The notes beneath the pieces are model-generated. The model was not told the DNA's origin, made no database searches, and worked only from the letters and a program-made list of their open reading frames with translations. This document shows, piece after piece, positions 28,801 to 43,999 of a stretch of 64,000 bases of DNA; position 1 is the first letter of the stretch, and every line of letters starts with the position of its first letter. This DNA comes from Eledone cirrhosa (lineage: Eukaryota). A program made the translations under genes and the position numbers. The stretch is taken from NCBI GenBank assembly GCA_964016885.1, contig OZ024740.1:251720001-251784000 (forward strand), written 5' to 3'.

Positions 28801-29799
28801 ATCTCCCCTTGGACGGCTAGAAATTATCTCTCTTTGGACGGCTGGAAATTATCTCCCCTTGATTTTTTTTACAAATTATCTCCCCCTGATTTTTTTTACA
28901 AATTATCCCCCCATGATTTTTAAAAAAAAAATTATCTCCCCTTCGCTGGCTGGAAATTATCTCCCCTTGGACGCTGGAAATTATAGCCCCTTGGAGGGCT
29001 GGAAATTATCTTCCCTTGGACGGCTGGAAATTATCTCCCCTTGATTTTTTTTACAAATTATCTCCCCCTGATTTTTTTTTACAAATTATCTCCCCCTGAT
29101 TTTTTTTTTACAAATTATCTCCGCCTGATTTTTTTTTAAAAATTATCTCCCCTTGGACGGCTGGAAATTATCTCCCCTTGGACGGCTGGAAATTATCTCC
29201 CGTTGGACGGCTAGAAATTACCTCTCCTTGGACGGCTGAAAATTATCTCCCCTTGGACGGCTGCAAATTATCTCCCCTTGATTTTTTTTACAAATTATCC
29301 CCCCATGATTTTTAAAAAAAAAATTATCTCCCCTTCGCTGGCTGGAAATTATCTCCCCTTGGACGCTGGAAATTATAGCCCCTTGGAGGGCTGGAAATTA
29401 TCTTCCCTTGGACGGCTGGAAATTATCTCCCCTTGATTTTTTTTACAAATTATCTCCCTCTGATTTTTTTTTACAAATTATCTCCCACTGATTTTTTTTT
29501 ACAAATTATCTCCCCCTGATTTTTTTTTTACAAATTATCTCCGCGTGATTTTTTTAAAAAAATTATCTCCCCTTGGACGGCTGGAAATTATCTCCCCTTG
29601 GACGGCTGGAAATTATCTCGCCTTGGACGGCTAGAAATTACCTCTCCTTGGACGGCTGAAAATTATCTCCCCTTGGACGGCTGCAAATTATCTCCCCTTG
29701 ATTTTTTTTACAAATTATCTCCCCCTGATTTTTTTTACAAATTATCTCCCCCTGATTTTTTTTACAAATTATCTCCCCCTGATTTTTTTTTACAAATTA

Positions 29800-32700
29800 T
29801 CTCCCCCTGATTTTTTTTCCAAATTATCTCCCCCTGATTTTTTTTACAAATTATCTCCCCCTGATTTTTTTTACAATCTCCGCCTGATTTTTTAAAAAAT
29901 TATCTTCCCTTGGCTGGCGGGAAATTATCTCCCCTTGGACGGCTGGAAATTATCTCCCCTTGGACGGCTAGAAATTATCTCTCTTTGGACGGCTGGAAAT
30001 TATTTCCCCTTGATTTTTTTTACAAATTATCTCCCCCTGATTTTTTTTACAAATTATCCCCGCATGATTTTTAAAAAAAAAATTATCTCCCCTTCGCTGG
30101 CTGGAAATTATCTCCCCTTGGACGCTGGAAATTATAGCCCCTTGGAGGGCTGGAAATTATCTTCCCTTGGACGGCTGGAAATTATCTCCCCTTAATTTTT
30201 TTTACAAATTATCTCCCCCTGATTTTTTTTTACAAATTATCTCCCCCTGATTTTTTTTTACAAATTATCTCCCCCTGATTTTTTTTTTTACAAATTATCT
30301 CCGCCTGATTTTTAAAAAAAAATTATCTCCCCTTGGACGGCTGGAAATTATCTCCCCTTGGACGGCTGGAAATTATCTCCCCTTGGACGGCTAGAAATTA
30401 CCTCTCCTTGGACGGCTGAAAATTATCTCCCCTTGGACGGCTGCAAATTATCTCCCCTTGATTTTTTTTACAAATTATCTCCCCCTGATTTTTTTACAAA
30501 TTATCTCCCCCTGATTTTATTTTACAAATTATCTCCCCCTGATTTTTTTTTACAAATTATCTCCCCCTGATTTTTTTTACAAATTATCTCCCCCTGATTT
30601 TTTTTACAAATTATCTCCCCCTGATTTTTTTTTACAAATTATCTCCCCTTGATTTTTTTTTACAAATTATCTGCCCCTGATTTTTTTTTTACACATTATC
30701 TCCCCCTGATTTTTTTACAAATTATCTCCCCCTGATTTTTTTTACAAATTATCTCCCGCTGATTTTTTTTACAAATTATCTCCCCTTGATTTTTTTTTAC
30801 AAATTATCTCCCCTTGATTTTTTTTTACAAATTATCTCCCCCTGATTTTTTTTTTACAAATTATCTCCCCCTGATTTTTTTAAAAATTATCTTCCCTTGG
30901 CTGGCGGGAAATTATCTCCCCTTGGACGGCTGGAAATTATCTCCCCTTGGAAGGATGTAAATTATCTCCCCTTGGACGGCTGGAAATTATCTCCCCTTGC
31001 ACGGCTGGAAATTATCTCCCCTTGATTTTTTTTACAAATTATCTCCCCCTGATTTTTTTTTACAAATTATCTCCCCCTGATTTTTTTTTACAAATTATCT
31101 CCCCCTGATTTTTTTTACAAATTATCTCCCCCTGATTTTTAAAAAAAAAATTATCTCCCCTTCGCTGGCTGGAAATTATCTCCCCTTGGACGCTGGAAAT
31201 TATAGCCCCTTGGAGGGCTGGAAATTATCTTCCCTTGGACGGCTGGAAATTATCTTCCCTTGGACGGCTGGAAATTATCTCCCCTTGATTTTTTTTACAA
31301 ATTATCTCCCCCTGATTTTTTTTTACAAATTATCTCCCCCTGATTTTTTTTACAAATTATCTACCCCTGATTTTTTTTACAAATTATCTCCCCCTGATTT
31401 TTTTTTACAAATTATCTCCCTCTGATTTTTTTTTACAAATTATCTCCCCCTGATTTTTTTTTTACAAATTATCTCCCCCTGATTTTTTTACAAATTATCT
31501 CCCCCTGATTTTTTTTACAATCTCCGCCTGATTTTTTAAAAAATTATCTTCCCTTGGCTGGCGGGAAATTATCTCCCCTTGGACGGCTGGAAATTATCTC
31601 CCCTTGGACGGCTAGAAATTATCTCTCTTTGGACGGCTGGAAATTATCTCCCCTTGATTTTTTTTACAAATTATCTCCCCCTGATTTTTTTTACAAATTA
31701 TCCCCGCATGATTTTTAAAAAAAAAATTATCTCCCCTTCGCTGGCTGGAAATTATCTCCCCTTGGACGCTGGAAATTATAGCCCCTTGGAGGGCTGGAAA
31801 TTATCTTCCCTTGGACGGCTGGAAATTATCTCCCCTTGATTTTTTTTACAAATTATCTCCCCCTGATTTTTTTTTACAAATTATCTCCCCCTGATTTTTT
31901 TTTACAAATTATCTCCCCCTGATTTTTTTTTTTACAAATTATCTCCGCCTGATTTTTAAAAAAAAATTATCTCCCCTTGGACGGCTGGAAATTATCTCCC
32001 CTTGGACGGCTGGAAATTATCTCCCCTTGGACGGCTAGAAATTACCTCTCCTTGGACGGCTGAAAATTATCTCCCCTTGGACGGCTGCAAATTATCTCCC
32101 CTTGATTTTTTTTACAAATTATCTCCCCCTGATTTTTTTTACAAATTATCTCCCCCTGATTTTTTTTACAAATTATCTCCCCCTGATTTTTTTTTACAAA
32201 TTATCTCCCCCTGATTTTTTTTTACAAATTATCTCCCCCTGATTTTTTTTACAAATTATCTCCCCCTGATTTTTTTTACAAATTATCTCCCCATGATTTT
32301 TTTTTACAAATTATCTCCCCTTGATTTTTTTTTACAAATTATCTCCCCCTGATTTTTTTTTTACAAATTATCTCCCCCTGATTTTTTTACAAATTATCTC
32401 CCCCTGATTTTTTTTACAAATTATCTCCCCCTGATTTTTTTTACAAATTATCTCCCCTTGATTTTTTTTTACAAATTATCTCCCCCTGATTTTTTTTTTA
32501 CAAATTATCTCCCCCTGATTTTTTTAAAAATTATCTTCCCTTGGCTGGCGGGAAATTATCTCCCCTTGGACGGCTGGAAATTATCTCCCCTTGGAAGGAT
32601 GTAAATTATCTCCCCTTGGACGGCTGGAAATTATCTCCCCTTGCACGGCTGGAAATTATCTCCCCTTGATTTTTTTTACAAATTATCTCCCCCTGATTTT

Positions 32701-35700
32701 TTTTTACAAATTATCTCCCCCTGATTTTTTTTTACAAATTATCTCCCCCTGATTCTTTTTACAAATTATCTCCCCCTGATTTAAAAAAAAAAAATTATCT
32801 CCCCTTCGCTGGCTGGAAATTATCTCCCCTTGGACGCTGGAAATTATAGCCCCTTGGAGGGCTGGAAATTATCTTCCCTTGGACGGCTGGAAATTATCTT
32901 CCCTTGGACGGCTGGAAATTATCTCCCCTTGATTTTTTTTACAAATTATCTCCCCCTGATTTTTTTTTACAAATTATCTCCCCCTGATTTTTTTTTACAA
33001 ATTATCTCCCCCTGATTTTTTTTTTACAAATTATCTCCGCTTGATTTTTTAAAAAAAATTATCTCCCCTTGGACGGCTGGAAATTATCTCCCCTTGGACG
33101 GCTGGAAATTATCTCCCCTTGGACGGCTAGAAATTATCTCTCCTTGGACGGCTGAAAATTATCTCCCCTTGGACGGCTGCAAATTATCTCCCCTTGATTT
33201 TTTTTACAAATTATCTCCCCCTGATTTTTTTTACAAATTATCTCCCCCTGATTTTTTTTTACAAATTATCTCCCCTTGATTTTTTTTTACAAATTATCTC
33301 CCCCTGATTTTTTTTTTACAAATTATCTCCCCCTGATTTTTTTACAAATTATCTCCCCCTGATTTTTTTACAAATTATCTCCCCCTGATTTTTTTTACAA
33401 ATTATCTCCCCTTGATTTTTTTTTACAAATTATCTCCCCCTGATTTTTTTTTTACAAATTATCTCCCCCTGATTTTTTTAAAAATTATCTTCCCTTGGCT
33501 GGCGGGAAATTATCTCCCCTTGGACGGCTGGAAATTATCTCCCCTTGGAAGGATGTAAATTATCTCCCCTTGGACGGCTGGAAATTATCTCCCCTTGCAC
33601 GGCTGGAAATTATCTCCCCTTGATTTTTTTTACAAATTATCTCCCCCTGATTTTTTTTTACAAATTATCTCCCCCTGATTTTTTTTTACAAATTATCTCC
33701 CCCTGATTTTTTTTACAAATTATCTCCCCCTGATTTTTAAAAAAAAAATTATCTCCCCTTCGCTGGCTGGAAATTATCTCCCCTTGGACGCTGGAAATTA
33801 TAGCCCCTTGGAGGGCTGGAAATTATCTTCCCTTGGACGGCTGGAAATTATCTTCCCTTGGACGGCTGGAAATTATCTCCCCTTGATTTTTTTTACAAAT
33901 TATCTCCCCCTGATTTTTTTTTACAAATTATCTCCCCCTGATTTTTTTTTACAAATTATCTCCCCCTGATTTTTTTTTTACAAATTATCTCCGCTTGATT
34001 TTTTAAAAAAAATTATCTCCCCTTGGACGGCTGGAAATTATCTCCCCTTGGACGGCTGGAAATTATCTCCCCTTGGACGGCTAGAAATTATCTCTCCTTG
34101 GACGGCTGAAAATTATCTCCCCTTGGACGGCTGCAAATTATCTCCCCTTTATTTTTTTTACAAATTATCTCCCCCTGATTTTTTTTTACAAATTATCTCC
34201 CCCTCATTTTTTTACAAATTATCTACCCCTGATTTTTTTTACAAATTATCTCCCCCTGATTTTTTTTTACAAATTATCTCCCTCTGATTTTTTTTACAAA
34301 TTATCTCCCCCTGATTTTTTTTTTACAAATTATCTCCCCCTGATTTTTTTACAAATTATCTCCCCCTGATTTTTTTACAATCTCCGCCTGATTTTTTTAA
34401 AAATTATCTTCCCTTGGCTGGCGGGAAATTATCTCCCCTTGGACGGCTGGAAATTATCTCCCCTTGGAAGGATGGAAATTATCTCCCCTTGGACGGCTGG
34501 ATATTATCTCCCCTTGCACGGCTGGAAATTATCTCCCCTTGGCTGGAAATTATCTCCCCTTGGACGGCTAGAAATTATCTCTCTTTGGACGGCTGGAAAT
34601 TATCTCCCTTTGATTTTTTTTACAAATTATCTCCCTCTGATATTTTTTACAAATCTCCCCCTGATTTTTTAAAAAAAATTATCTCCCCTTCGCTGGCTGG
34701 AAATTATCTCCCCTTGGACACTGGAAATTATAGCCCCTTGGAGGGCTGGAAATTATCTTCCCTTGGACGGCTGGAAATTATCTCCCCTTGATTTTTTTTA
34801 CAAATTATCTCCGCCTGATTTTTTTTAAAAATTATCTCTCCTTGGACGGCTGGAAATTATCTCCCCTTGATTTTTTTTACAAATTATCTCCCCCTGATTT
34901 TTTTTACAAATTATCTCCCCCTGATTTTTTTTTACAAATTATCTACCACTGATTTTTTTTACAAATTATCTCCCCCTGATTTTTTTTACAAATTATCTCC
35001 CCCTGATTTTTCTTTTACAAATTATCTCCCCCTGATTTTTTTACAAATTATCTCCCCCTGATTTTTTTTACAAATTATCTCCGCCTGATTTTTTTAAATA
35101 TTATCTTCCCTTGGCTGGCGGGAAATTATCTCCCCTTGGACGGCTGGAAATTATCTGCCCTTGATTTTGTTTTTACAAATTATCTTCCACTTATTTTTTT
35201 TACAAATTATCTCCACCTGATTTTTTAAAAAACTATCTCCCCTTGGAAGGCTGGAAATTATCTCCCCTTGGACGGCTAGAAATTATCTCTCTTTGGACGG
35301 CTGGAAATTATCTCCCCTTGATTTTTTTTACAAATTATCTCCCCCTGATTTTCTTTACAAATATCCCAGTGATTTTTTTTAAAAAATTATCTCCCCTTCG
35401 CTGGCTGGAAATTATCTCCCCTTGGACGCTGGAAATTATAGCCCCTTGGAGGGCTGGAAATTATCTTCCCTTGGACGGCTGGAAATTATCTCCCCTTGAT
35501 TTTTTTTACAAATTATCTCCCCCTGATTTTTTTTTACAAATTATCTCCCCCTGATTTTTTTTTACAAATTATCTCCCCCTGATTTTTTTTACAACTTATC
35601 TCCGCCTGATTTTTTTTTAAAAATCATCTCCCCTTGGACGGCTGGAAATTATCTCCCCTTGGACGGCTGGAAATTATCTCTCCTTGGACGGCTAGAAATT

Positions 35701-38700
35701 ACCTCTCCTTGGACAATTGAAAATTATCTCCCCTTGGACGGCTGGAAATTATCTCCCCTTGATTTTTTTTACAAATTATCTCCCCCTGATTTTTTTTACA
35801 AATTATCTCCCCTGATTTTTTTTTACAAATTATCTCCCCCTGATTTTTTTTTACAAATTATCTCCCCCTGATTTTTTTTACAAATTATCTCCCCCTGATT
35901 TTTTTACAAATTATCTCCCCTTGGCTGGCTGGAAATTATCTCCCCTTGGAGGCAGGAATTTATCTCCCCTTGGACGGCTAGAAATTACCTCTCCTTGGAC
36001 GGCTGGAAAATATGTCTCCTTGGACGGCTGGAAATTATCTCCCCTTGGACGGCTGGAAATTATCTCCCCTTGGACGGCTGGAAATTATCTCCCCTTGGAC
36101 GGCTAGAAATTACCTCTCCTTGGACGGCTGAAAATTATCTCCCCTTGGACGGCTGGAAATTATCTCCCCTTGATTTTTTTACAAATTATCTCCCCCTGAT
36201 TTTTTTTTACAAATTATCTCCCCCTGATTTTTTTTACAAATTATCTCCCCCTGATTTTTTTTACAAATTATCTCCCCCTGATTTTTTTTACAAATTATCT
36301 CCGCCTGATTTTTTTAAATATTATCTCTCCTTGGCTGGCGGGAAATTATCTCCCCTTGGACGGCTGCAAATTATCTCCGCTTGATTTTTTTTACAAATTA
36401 TCTCCCCCTGATTTTTTTTTACAAATTATCTCCCCCTGATTTTTTTTACAAATTATCTCCCCCTGATTTTTTTTACAAATTATCTCCCCCTGATTTTTTT
36501 TTACAAATTATCTCCCCTTGATTTTTTTTTACAAATTATCTCCCCCTGATTTTTTTTTTACAAATTATCTCCCCCTGATTTTTTTACAAATTATCTCCCC
36601 CTGATTTTTTTTACAAATTATCTCCCCCTGATTTTTTTTACAAATTATCTCCCCTTGATTTTTTTTTACAAATTATCTCCCCCTGATTTTTTTTTTACAA
36701 ATTATCTCCCCCTGATTTTTTTAAAAATTATCTTCCCTTGGCTGGCGGGAAATTATCTCCCCTTGGACGGCTGGAAATTATCTCCCCTTGGAAGGATGTA
36801 AATTATCTCCCCTTGGACGGCTGGAAATTATCTCCCCTTGCACGGCTGGAAATTATCTCCCCTTGATTTTTTTTACAAATTATCTCCCCCTGATTTTTTT
36901 TTACAAATTATCTCCCCCTGATTTTTTTTTACAAATTATCTCCCCCTGATTTTTTTTACAAATTATCTCCCCCTGATTTTTAAAAAAAAAATTATCTCCC
37001 CTTCGCTGGCTGGAAATTATCTCCCCTTGGACGCTGGAAATTATAGCCCCTTGGAGGGCTGGAAATTATCTTCCCTTGGACGGCTGGAAATTATCTTCCC
37101 TTGGACGGCTGGAAATTATCTCCCCTTGATTTTTTTTACAAATTATCTCCCCCTGATTTTTTTTTACAAATTATCTCCCCCTGATTTTTTTTTACAAATT
37201 ATCTCCCCCTGATTTTTTTTTTACAAATTATCTCCGCTTGATTTTTTAAAAAAAATTATCTCCCCTTGGACGGCTGGAAATTATCTCCCCTTGGACGGCT
37301 GGAAATTATCTCCCCTTGGACGGCTAGAAATTATCTCTCCTTGGACGGCTGAAAATTATCTCCCCTTGGACGGCTGCAAATTATCTCCCCTTGATTTTTT
37401 TTAAAAATTATCTCCCCCTGATTTTTTTTTACAAATTATCTCCCCCTGATTTTTTTTTACAAATTATCTACCCCTGATTTTTTTTACAAATTATCTCCCC
37501 CTGATTTTTTTTACAAATTATCTCCCCCTGATTTTTCTTTTACAAATTATCTCCCCCTGATTTTTTTACAAATTATCTCCCCCTGATTTTTTTTACAAAT
37601 TATCTCCGCCTGATTTTTTTAAATATTATCTTCCCTTGGCTGGCGGGAAATTATCTCCCCTTGGACGGCTGGAAATTATCTGCCCTTGATTTTGTTTTTA
37701 CAAATTATCTTCCACTGATTTTTTTTACAAATTATCTCCACCTGATTTTTTAAAAAATTATCTCCCCTTGGAAGGCTGGAAATTATCTCCCCTTGGACGG
37801 CTAGAAATTATCTCTCTTTGGACGGCTGGAAATTATCTCCCCTTGATTTTTTTTACAAATTATCTCCCCCTGATTTTCTTTACAAATATCCCAGTGATTT
37901 TTTTAAAAAAATTATCTCCCCTTCGCTGGCTGGAAATTATCTCCCCTTGGACGCTGGAAATTATAGCCCCTTGGAGGGCTGGAAATTATCTTCCCTTGGA
38001 CGGCTGGAAATTATCTCCCCTTGATTTTTTTTACAAATTATCTCCCCCTGATTTTTTTTTACAAATTATCTCCCCCTGATTTTTTTTTACAAATTATCTC
38101 CCCCTGATTTTTTTTTACAACTTATCTCCGCCTGATTTTTTTTAAAAAATCATCTCCCCTTGGACGGCTGGAAATTATCTCCCCTTGGACGGCTGGAAAT
38201 TATCTCTCCTTGGACGGCTAGAAATTACCTCTCCTTGGACGGCTGAAAATTATCTCCCCTTGGACGGCTGGAAATTATCTCCCCTTGATTTTTTTTACAA
38301 ATTATCTTCCCCTGATTTTTTTTACAAATTATCTCCCCTGATTTTTTTTTACAAATTATCTCCCCCTGATTTTTTTTTACAAATTATCTCCCCCTGATTT
38401 TTTTTACAAATTATCTCCCCCTGATTTTTTTACAAATTATCTCCCCTTGGCTGGCTGGAAATTATCTCCCCTTGGAGGCAGGAATTTATCTCCCCTTGGA
38501 CGGCTAGAAATTACCTCTCCTTGGACGGCTGGAAAATATGTCTCCTTGGACGGCTGGAAATTATCTCCCCTTGGACGGCTGGAAATTATCTCCCCTTGGA
38601 CGGCTGGAAATTATCTCCCCTTGGACGGCTAGAAATTACCTCTCCTTGGACGGCTGAAAATTATCTCCCCTTGGACGGCTGGAAATTATCTCCCCTTGAT

Positions 38701-41700
38701 TTTTTTACAAATTATCTCCCCCTGATTTTTTTTTACAAATTATCTCCCCCTGATTTTTTTTTACAAATTATCTCCCACTGATTTTTTTTTACAAATTATC
38801 TCCCCCTGATTTTTTTTTTACAAATTATCTCCGCCTGATTTTTTTAAAAAAATTATCTCCCCTTGGACGGCTGGAAATTATCTCCCCTTGGACGGCTGGA
38901 AATTATCTCCCCTTGGACGGCTAGAAATTACCTCTCCTTGGACGGCTGAAAATTATCTCCCCTTGGACGGCTGCAAATTATCTCCCCTTGATTTTTTTTA
39001 CAAATTATCTCCCCCTGATTTTTTTTACAAATTATCTCCCCCTGATTTTTTTTACAAATTATCTCCCCCTGATTTTAAAAAAAAAAATTATCTCCCCTTC
39101 GCTGGCTGGAAATTATCTCCCCTTGGACGCTGGAAATTATAGCCCCTTGGAGGGCTGGAAATTATCTTCCCTTGGACGGCTGGAAATTATCTTCCCTTGG
39201 ACGGCTGGAAATTATCTCCCCTTGATTTTTTTTACAAATTATCTCCCCCTGATTTTTTTTTACAAATTATCTCCCCCTGATTTTTTTTTACAAATTATCT
39301 CCCCCTGATTTTTTTTTTACAAATTATCTCCGCTTGATTTTTAAAAAAAAATTATCTCCCCTTGGACGGCTGGAAATTATCTCCCCTTGGACGGCTGGAA
39401 ATTATCTCCCCTTGGACGGCTAGAAATTATCTCTCCTTGGACGGCTGAAAATTATCTCCCCTTGGACGGCTGCAAATTATCTCCCCTTGATTTTTTTTAC
39501 AAATTATCTCCCCCTGATTTTTTTTTACAAATTATCTCCCCCTGATTTTTTTTTACAAATTATCTACCCCTGATTTTTTTTGCAAATTATCTCCCCCTGA
39601 TTTTTTTTACAAATTATCTCCCCCTGATTTTTCTTTTACAAATTATCTCCCCCTGATTTTTTTACAAATTATCTCCCCCTGATTTTTTTTACAAATTATC
39701 TCCGCCTGATTTTTTTAAATATTATCTTCCCTTGGCTGGCGGGAAATTATCTCCCCTTGGACGGCTGGAAATTATCTGCCCTTGATTTTGTTTTTACAAA
39801 TTATCTTCCACTGATTTTTTTTACAAATTATCTCCACCTGATTTTTTAAAAAATTATCTCCCCTTGGAAGGCTGGAAATTATCTCCCCTTGGACGGCTAG
39901 AAATTATCTCTCTTTGGACGGCTGGAAATTATCTCCCCTTGATTTTTTTTACAAATTATCTCCCCCTGATTTTCTTTACAAATATCCCAGTGATTTTTTT
40001 TAAAAAATTATCTCCCCTTCGCTGGCTGGAAATTATCTCCCCTTGGACGCTGGAAATTATAGCCCCTTGGAGGGCTGGAAATTATCTTCCCTTGGACGGC
40101 TGGAAATTATCTCCCCTTGATTTTTTTTACAAATTATCTCCCCCTGATTTTTTTTTACAAATTATCTCCCCCTGATTTTTTTTACAAATTATCTCCCCCT
40201 GATTTTTTTTTACAACTTATCTCCGCCTGATTTTTTTTAAAAAATCATCTCCCCTTGGACGGCTGGAAATTATCTCCCCTTGCACGGCTGGAAATTATCT
40301 CTCCTTGGACGGCTAGAAATTACCTCTCCTTGGACGGCTGAAAATTATCTCCCCTTGGACGGCTGGAAATTATCTCCCCTTGATTTTTTTTACAAATTAT
40401 CTTCCCCTGATTTTTTTTACAAATTATCTCCCCTGATTTTTTTTTACAAATTATCTCCCCCTGATTTTTTTTTACAAATTATCTCCCCCTGATTTTTTTT
40501 ACAAATTATCTCCCCCTGATTTTTTTACAAATTATCTCCCCTTGGCTGGCTGGAAATTATCTCCCCTTGGAGGCAGGAATTTATCTCCCCTTGGACGGCT
40601 AGAAATTACCTCTCCTTGGACGGCTGGAAAATATGTCTCCTTGGACGGCTGGAAATTATCTCCCCTTGGACGGCTGGAAATTATCTCCCCTTGGACGGCT
40701 GGAAATTATCTCCCCTTGGACGGCTAGAAATTACCTCTCCTTGGACGGCTGAAAATTATCTCCCCTTGGACGGCTGGAAATTATCTCCCCTTGATTTTTT
40801 TACAAATTATCTCCCCCTGATTTTTTTTTACAAATTATCTCCCCCTGATTTTTTTTTACAAATTATCTCCCACTGATTTTTTTTTACAAATTATCTCCCC
40901 CTGATTTTTTTTTTACAAATTATCTCCGCCTGATTTTTTTAAAAAAATTATCTCCCCTTGGACGGCTGGAAATTATCTCCCCTTGGACGGCTGGAAATTA
41001 TCTCCCCTTGGACGGCTAGAAATTACCTCTCCTTGGACGGCTGAAAATTATCTCCCCTTGGACGGCTGCAAATTATCTCCCCTTGATTTTTTTTACAAAT
41101 TATCTCCCCCTGATTTTTTTTACAAATTATCTCCCCCTGATTTTTTTTACAAATTATCTCCCCCTGATTTTTTTTTACAAATTATCTCCCCCTGATTTTT
41201 TTTACAAATTATCTCCCCCTGATTTTTTTTACAAATTATCTCCCCCTGATTTTTTTTACAAATTATCTCCCCCTGATTTTTTTTACAATCTCCGCCTGAT
41301 TTTTTAAAAAATTATCTTCCCTTGGCTGGCGGGAAATTATCTCCCCTTGGACGGCTGGAAATTATCTCCCCTTGGACGGCTAGAAATTATCTCTCTTTGG
41401 ACGGCTGGAAATTATCTCCCCTTGATTTTTTTTACAAATTATCTCCCCCTGATTTTTTTTACAAATTATCCCCGCATGATTTTTAAAAAAAAAATTATCT
41501 CCCCTTCGCTGGCTGGAAATTATCTCCCCTTGGACGCTGGAAATTATAGCCCCTTGGAGGGCTGGAAATTATCTTCCCTTGGACGGCTGGAAATTATCTC
41601 CCCTTAATTTTTTTTACAAATTATCTCCCCCTGATTTTTTTTTACAAATTATCTCCCCCTGATTTTTTTTTACAAATTATCTCCCCCTGATTTTTTTTTT

Positions 41701-43930
41701 TACAAATTATCTCCGCCTGATTTTTAAAAAAAAATTATCTCCCCTTGGACGGCTGGAAATTATCTCCTCTTGGACGGCTGGAAATTATCTCCCCTTGGAC
41801 GGCTAGAAATTACCTCTCCTTGGACGGCTGAAAATTATCTCCCCTTGGACGGCTGCAAATTATCTCCCCTTGATTTTTTTTACAAATTATCTCCCCCTGA
41901 TTTTTTTTACAAATTATCTCCCCCTGATTTTTTTACAAATTATCTCCCCCTGATTTTTTTTTACAAATTATCTCCCCCTGATTTTTTTTTACAAATTATC
42001 TCCCCCTGATTTTTTTTACAAATTATCTCCCCCTGATTTTTTTTTACAAATTATCTCCCCCTGATTTTTTTTTACAAATTATCTCCCCTTGATTTTTTTT
42101 ACAAATTATCTCCCCCTGATTTTTTTTTTACAAATTATCTCCCCCTGATTTTTTTACAAATTATCTCCCCCTGATTTTTTTTACAAATTATCTCCCCCTG
42201 ATTTTTTTTACAAATTATCTCCCCTTGATTTTTTTTTACAAATTATCTCCCCCTGATTTTTTTAAAAATTATCTTCCCTTGGCTGGCGGGAAATTATCTC
42301 CCCTTGGACGGCTGGAAATTATCTCCCCTTGGAAGGATGTAAATTATCTCCCCTTGGACGGCTGGAAATTATCTCCCCTTGCACGGCTGGAAATTATCTC
42401 CCCTTGCACGGCTGGAAATTATCTCCCCTTGATTTTTTTTACAAATTATCTCCCCCTGATTTTTTTTTACAAATTATCTCCCCCTGATTTTTTTTTACAA
42501 ATTATCTCCCCCTGATTTTTTTTACAAATTATCTCCCCCTGAATTTAAAAAAAAAAATTATCTCCCCTTCGCTGGCTGGAAATTATCTCCCCTTGGACGC
42601 TGGAAATTATAGCCCCTTGGAGGGCTGGAAATTATCTTCCCTTGGACGGCTGGAAATTATCTTCCCTTGGACGGCTGGAAATTATCTCCCCTTGATTTTT
42701 TTTACAAATTATCTCCCCCTGATTTTTTTTTACAAATTATCTCCCCCTGATTTTTTTTACAAATTATCTACCCCTGATTTTTTTTACAAATTATCTCCCC
42801 CTGATTTTTTTTTACAAATTATCTCCCTCTGATTTTTTTTTACAAATTATCTCCCCCTGATTTTTTTTTTACAAATTATCTCCCCCTGATTTTTTTACAA
42901 ATTATCTCCCCCTGATTTTTTTTACAATCTCCGCCTGATTTTTTAAAAAATTATCTTCCCTTGGCTGGCGGGAAATTATCTCCCCTTGGACGGCTGGAAA
43001 TTATCTCCCCTTGGACGGCTAGAAATTATCTCTCTTTGGACGGCTGGAAATTATCTCCCCTTGATTTTTTTTACAAATTATCTCCCCCTGATTTTTTTTA
43101 CAAATTATCCCCGCATGATTTTTAAAAAAAAAATTATCTCCCCTTCGCTGGCTGGAAATTATCTCCCCTTGGACGCTGGAAATTATAGCCCCTTGGAGGG
43201 CTGGAAATTATCTTCCCTTGGACGGCTGGAAATTATCTCCCCTTGATTTTTTTTACAAATTATCTCCCCCTGATTTTTTTTTACAAATTATCTCCCCCTG
43301 ATTTTTTTTTACAAATTATCTCCCCCTGATTTTTTTTTTTACAAATTATCTCCGCCTGATTTTTAAAAAAAAATTATCTCCCCTTGGACGGCTGGAAATT
43401 ATCTCCCCTTGGACGGCTGGAAATTATCTCCCCTTGGACGGCTAGAAATTACCTCTCCTTGGACGGCTGAAAATTATCTCCCCTTGGACGGCTGCAAATT
43501 ATCTCCCCTTGATTTTTTTTACAAATTATCTCCCCCTGATTTTTTTTACAAATTATCTCCCCCTGATTTTTTTTACAAATTATCTCCCCCTGATTTTTTT
43601 TTACAAATTATCTCCCCCTGATTTTTTTTTACAAATTATCTCCCCCTGATTTTTTTTACAAATTATCTCCCCCTGATTTTTTTTACAAATTATCTCCCCC
43701 TGATTTTTTTTTACAAATTATCTCCCCTTGATTTTTTTTTACAATTATCTCCCCCTGATTTTTTTTTTACAAATTATCTCCCCCTGATTTTTTTACAAAT
43801 TATCTCCCCCTGATTTTTTTTACAAATTATCTCCCCCTGATTTTTTTTACAAATTATCTCCCCTTGATTTTTTTTTACAAATTATCTCCCCCTGATTTTT
43901 TTTTTACAAATTATCTCCCCCTGATTTTTT
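29800..43930 (+). repeat. Large duplicated block, copy 2 (partner ~1,400-16,880)
   Basis: Shares rare variants with copy 1: TCTGCCCC (~2277/~30670), CCTTTATTT (~5518/~34146), TCTCCTCTTGG (~14722/~41763) and a doubled GCACGG monomer (~15370/~42381). Confidence 0.85.
29922..31565 (+). repeat. Representative ~1.64-kb higher-order repeat unit of domain A
   Basis: Marker ORFs repeat at +1644 (29935/31579, 30358/32002, 31186/32830) and +1639 (41347/42986). Shorter versions are +1506 (430/1936) and +1570 (14380/15950). Confidence 0.85.
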
Positions 43931-43999
43931 TAAAAATTATCTTCCCTTGGCTGGCGGGAAATTATCTCCCCTTGGACGGCTGGAAATTATCTCCCCTTG

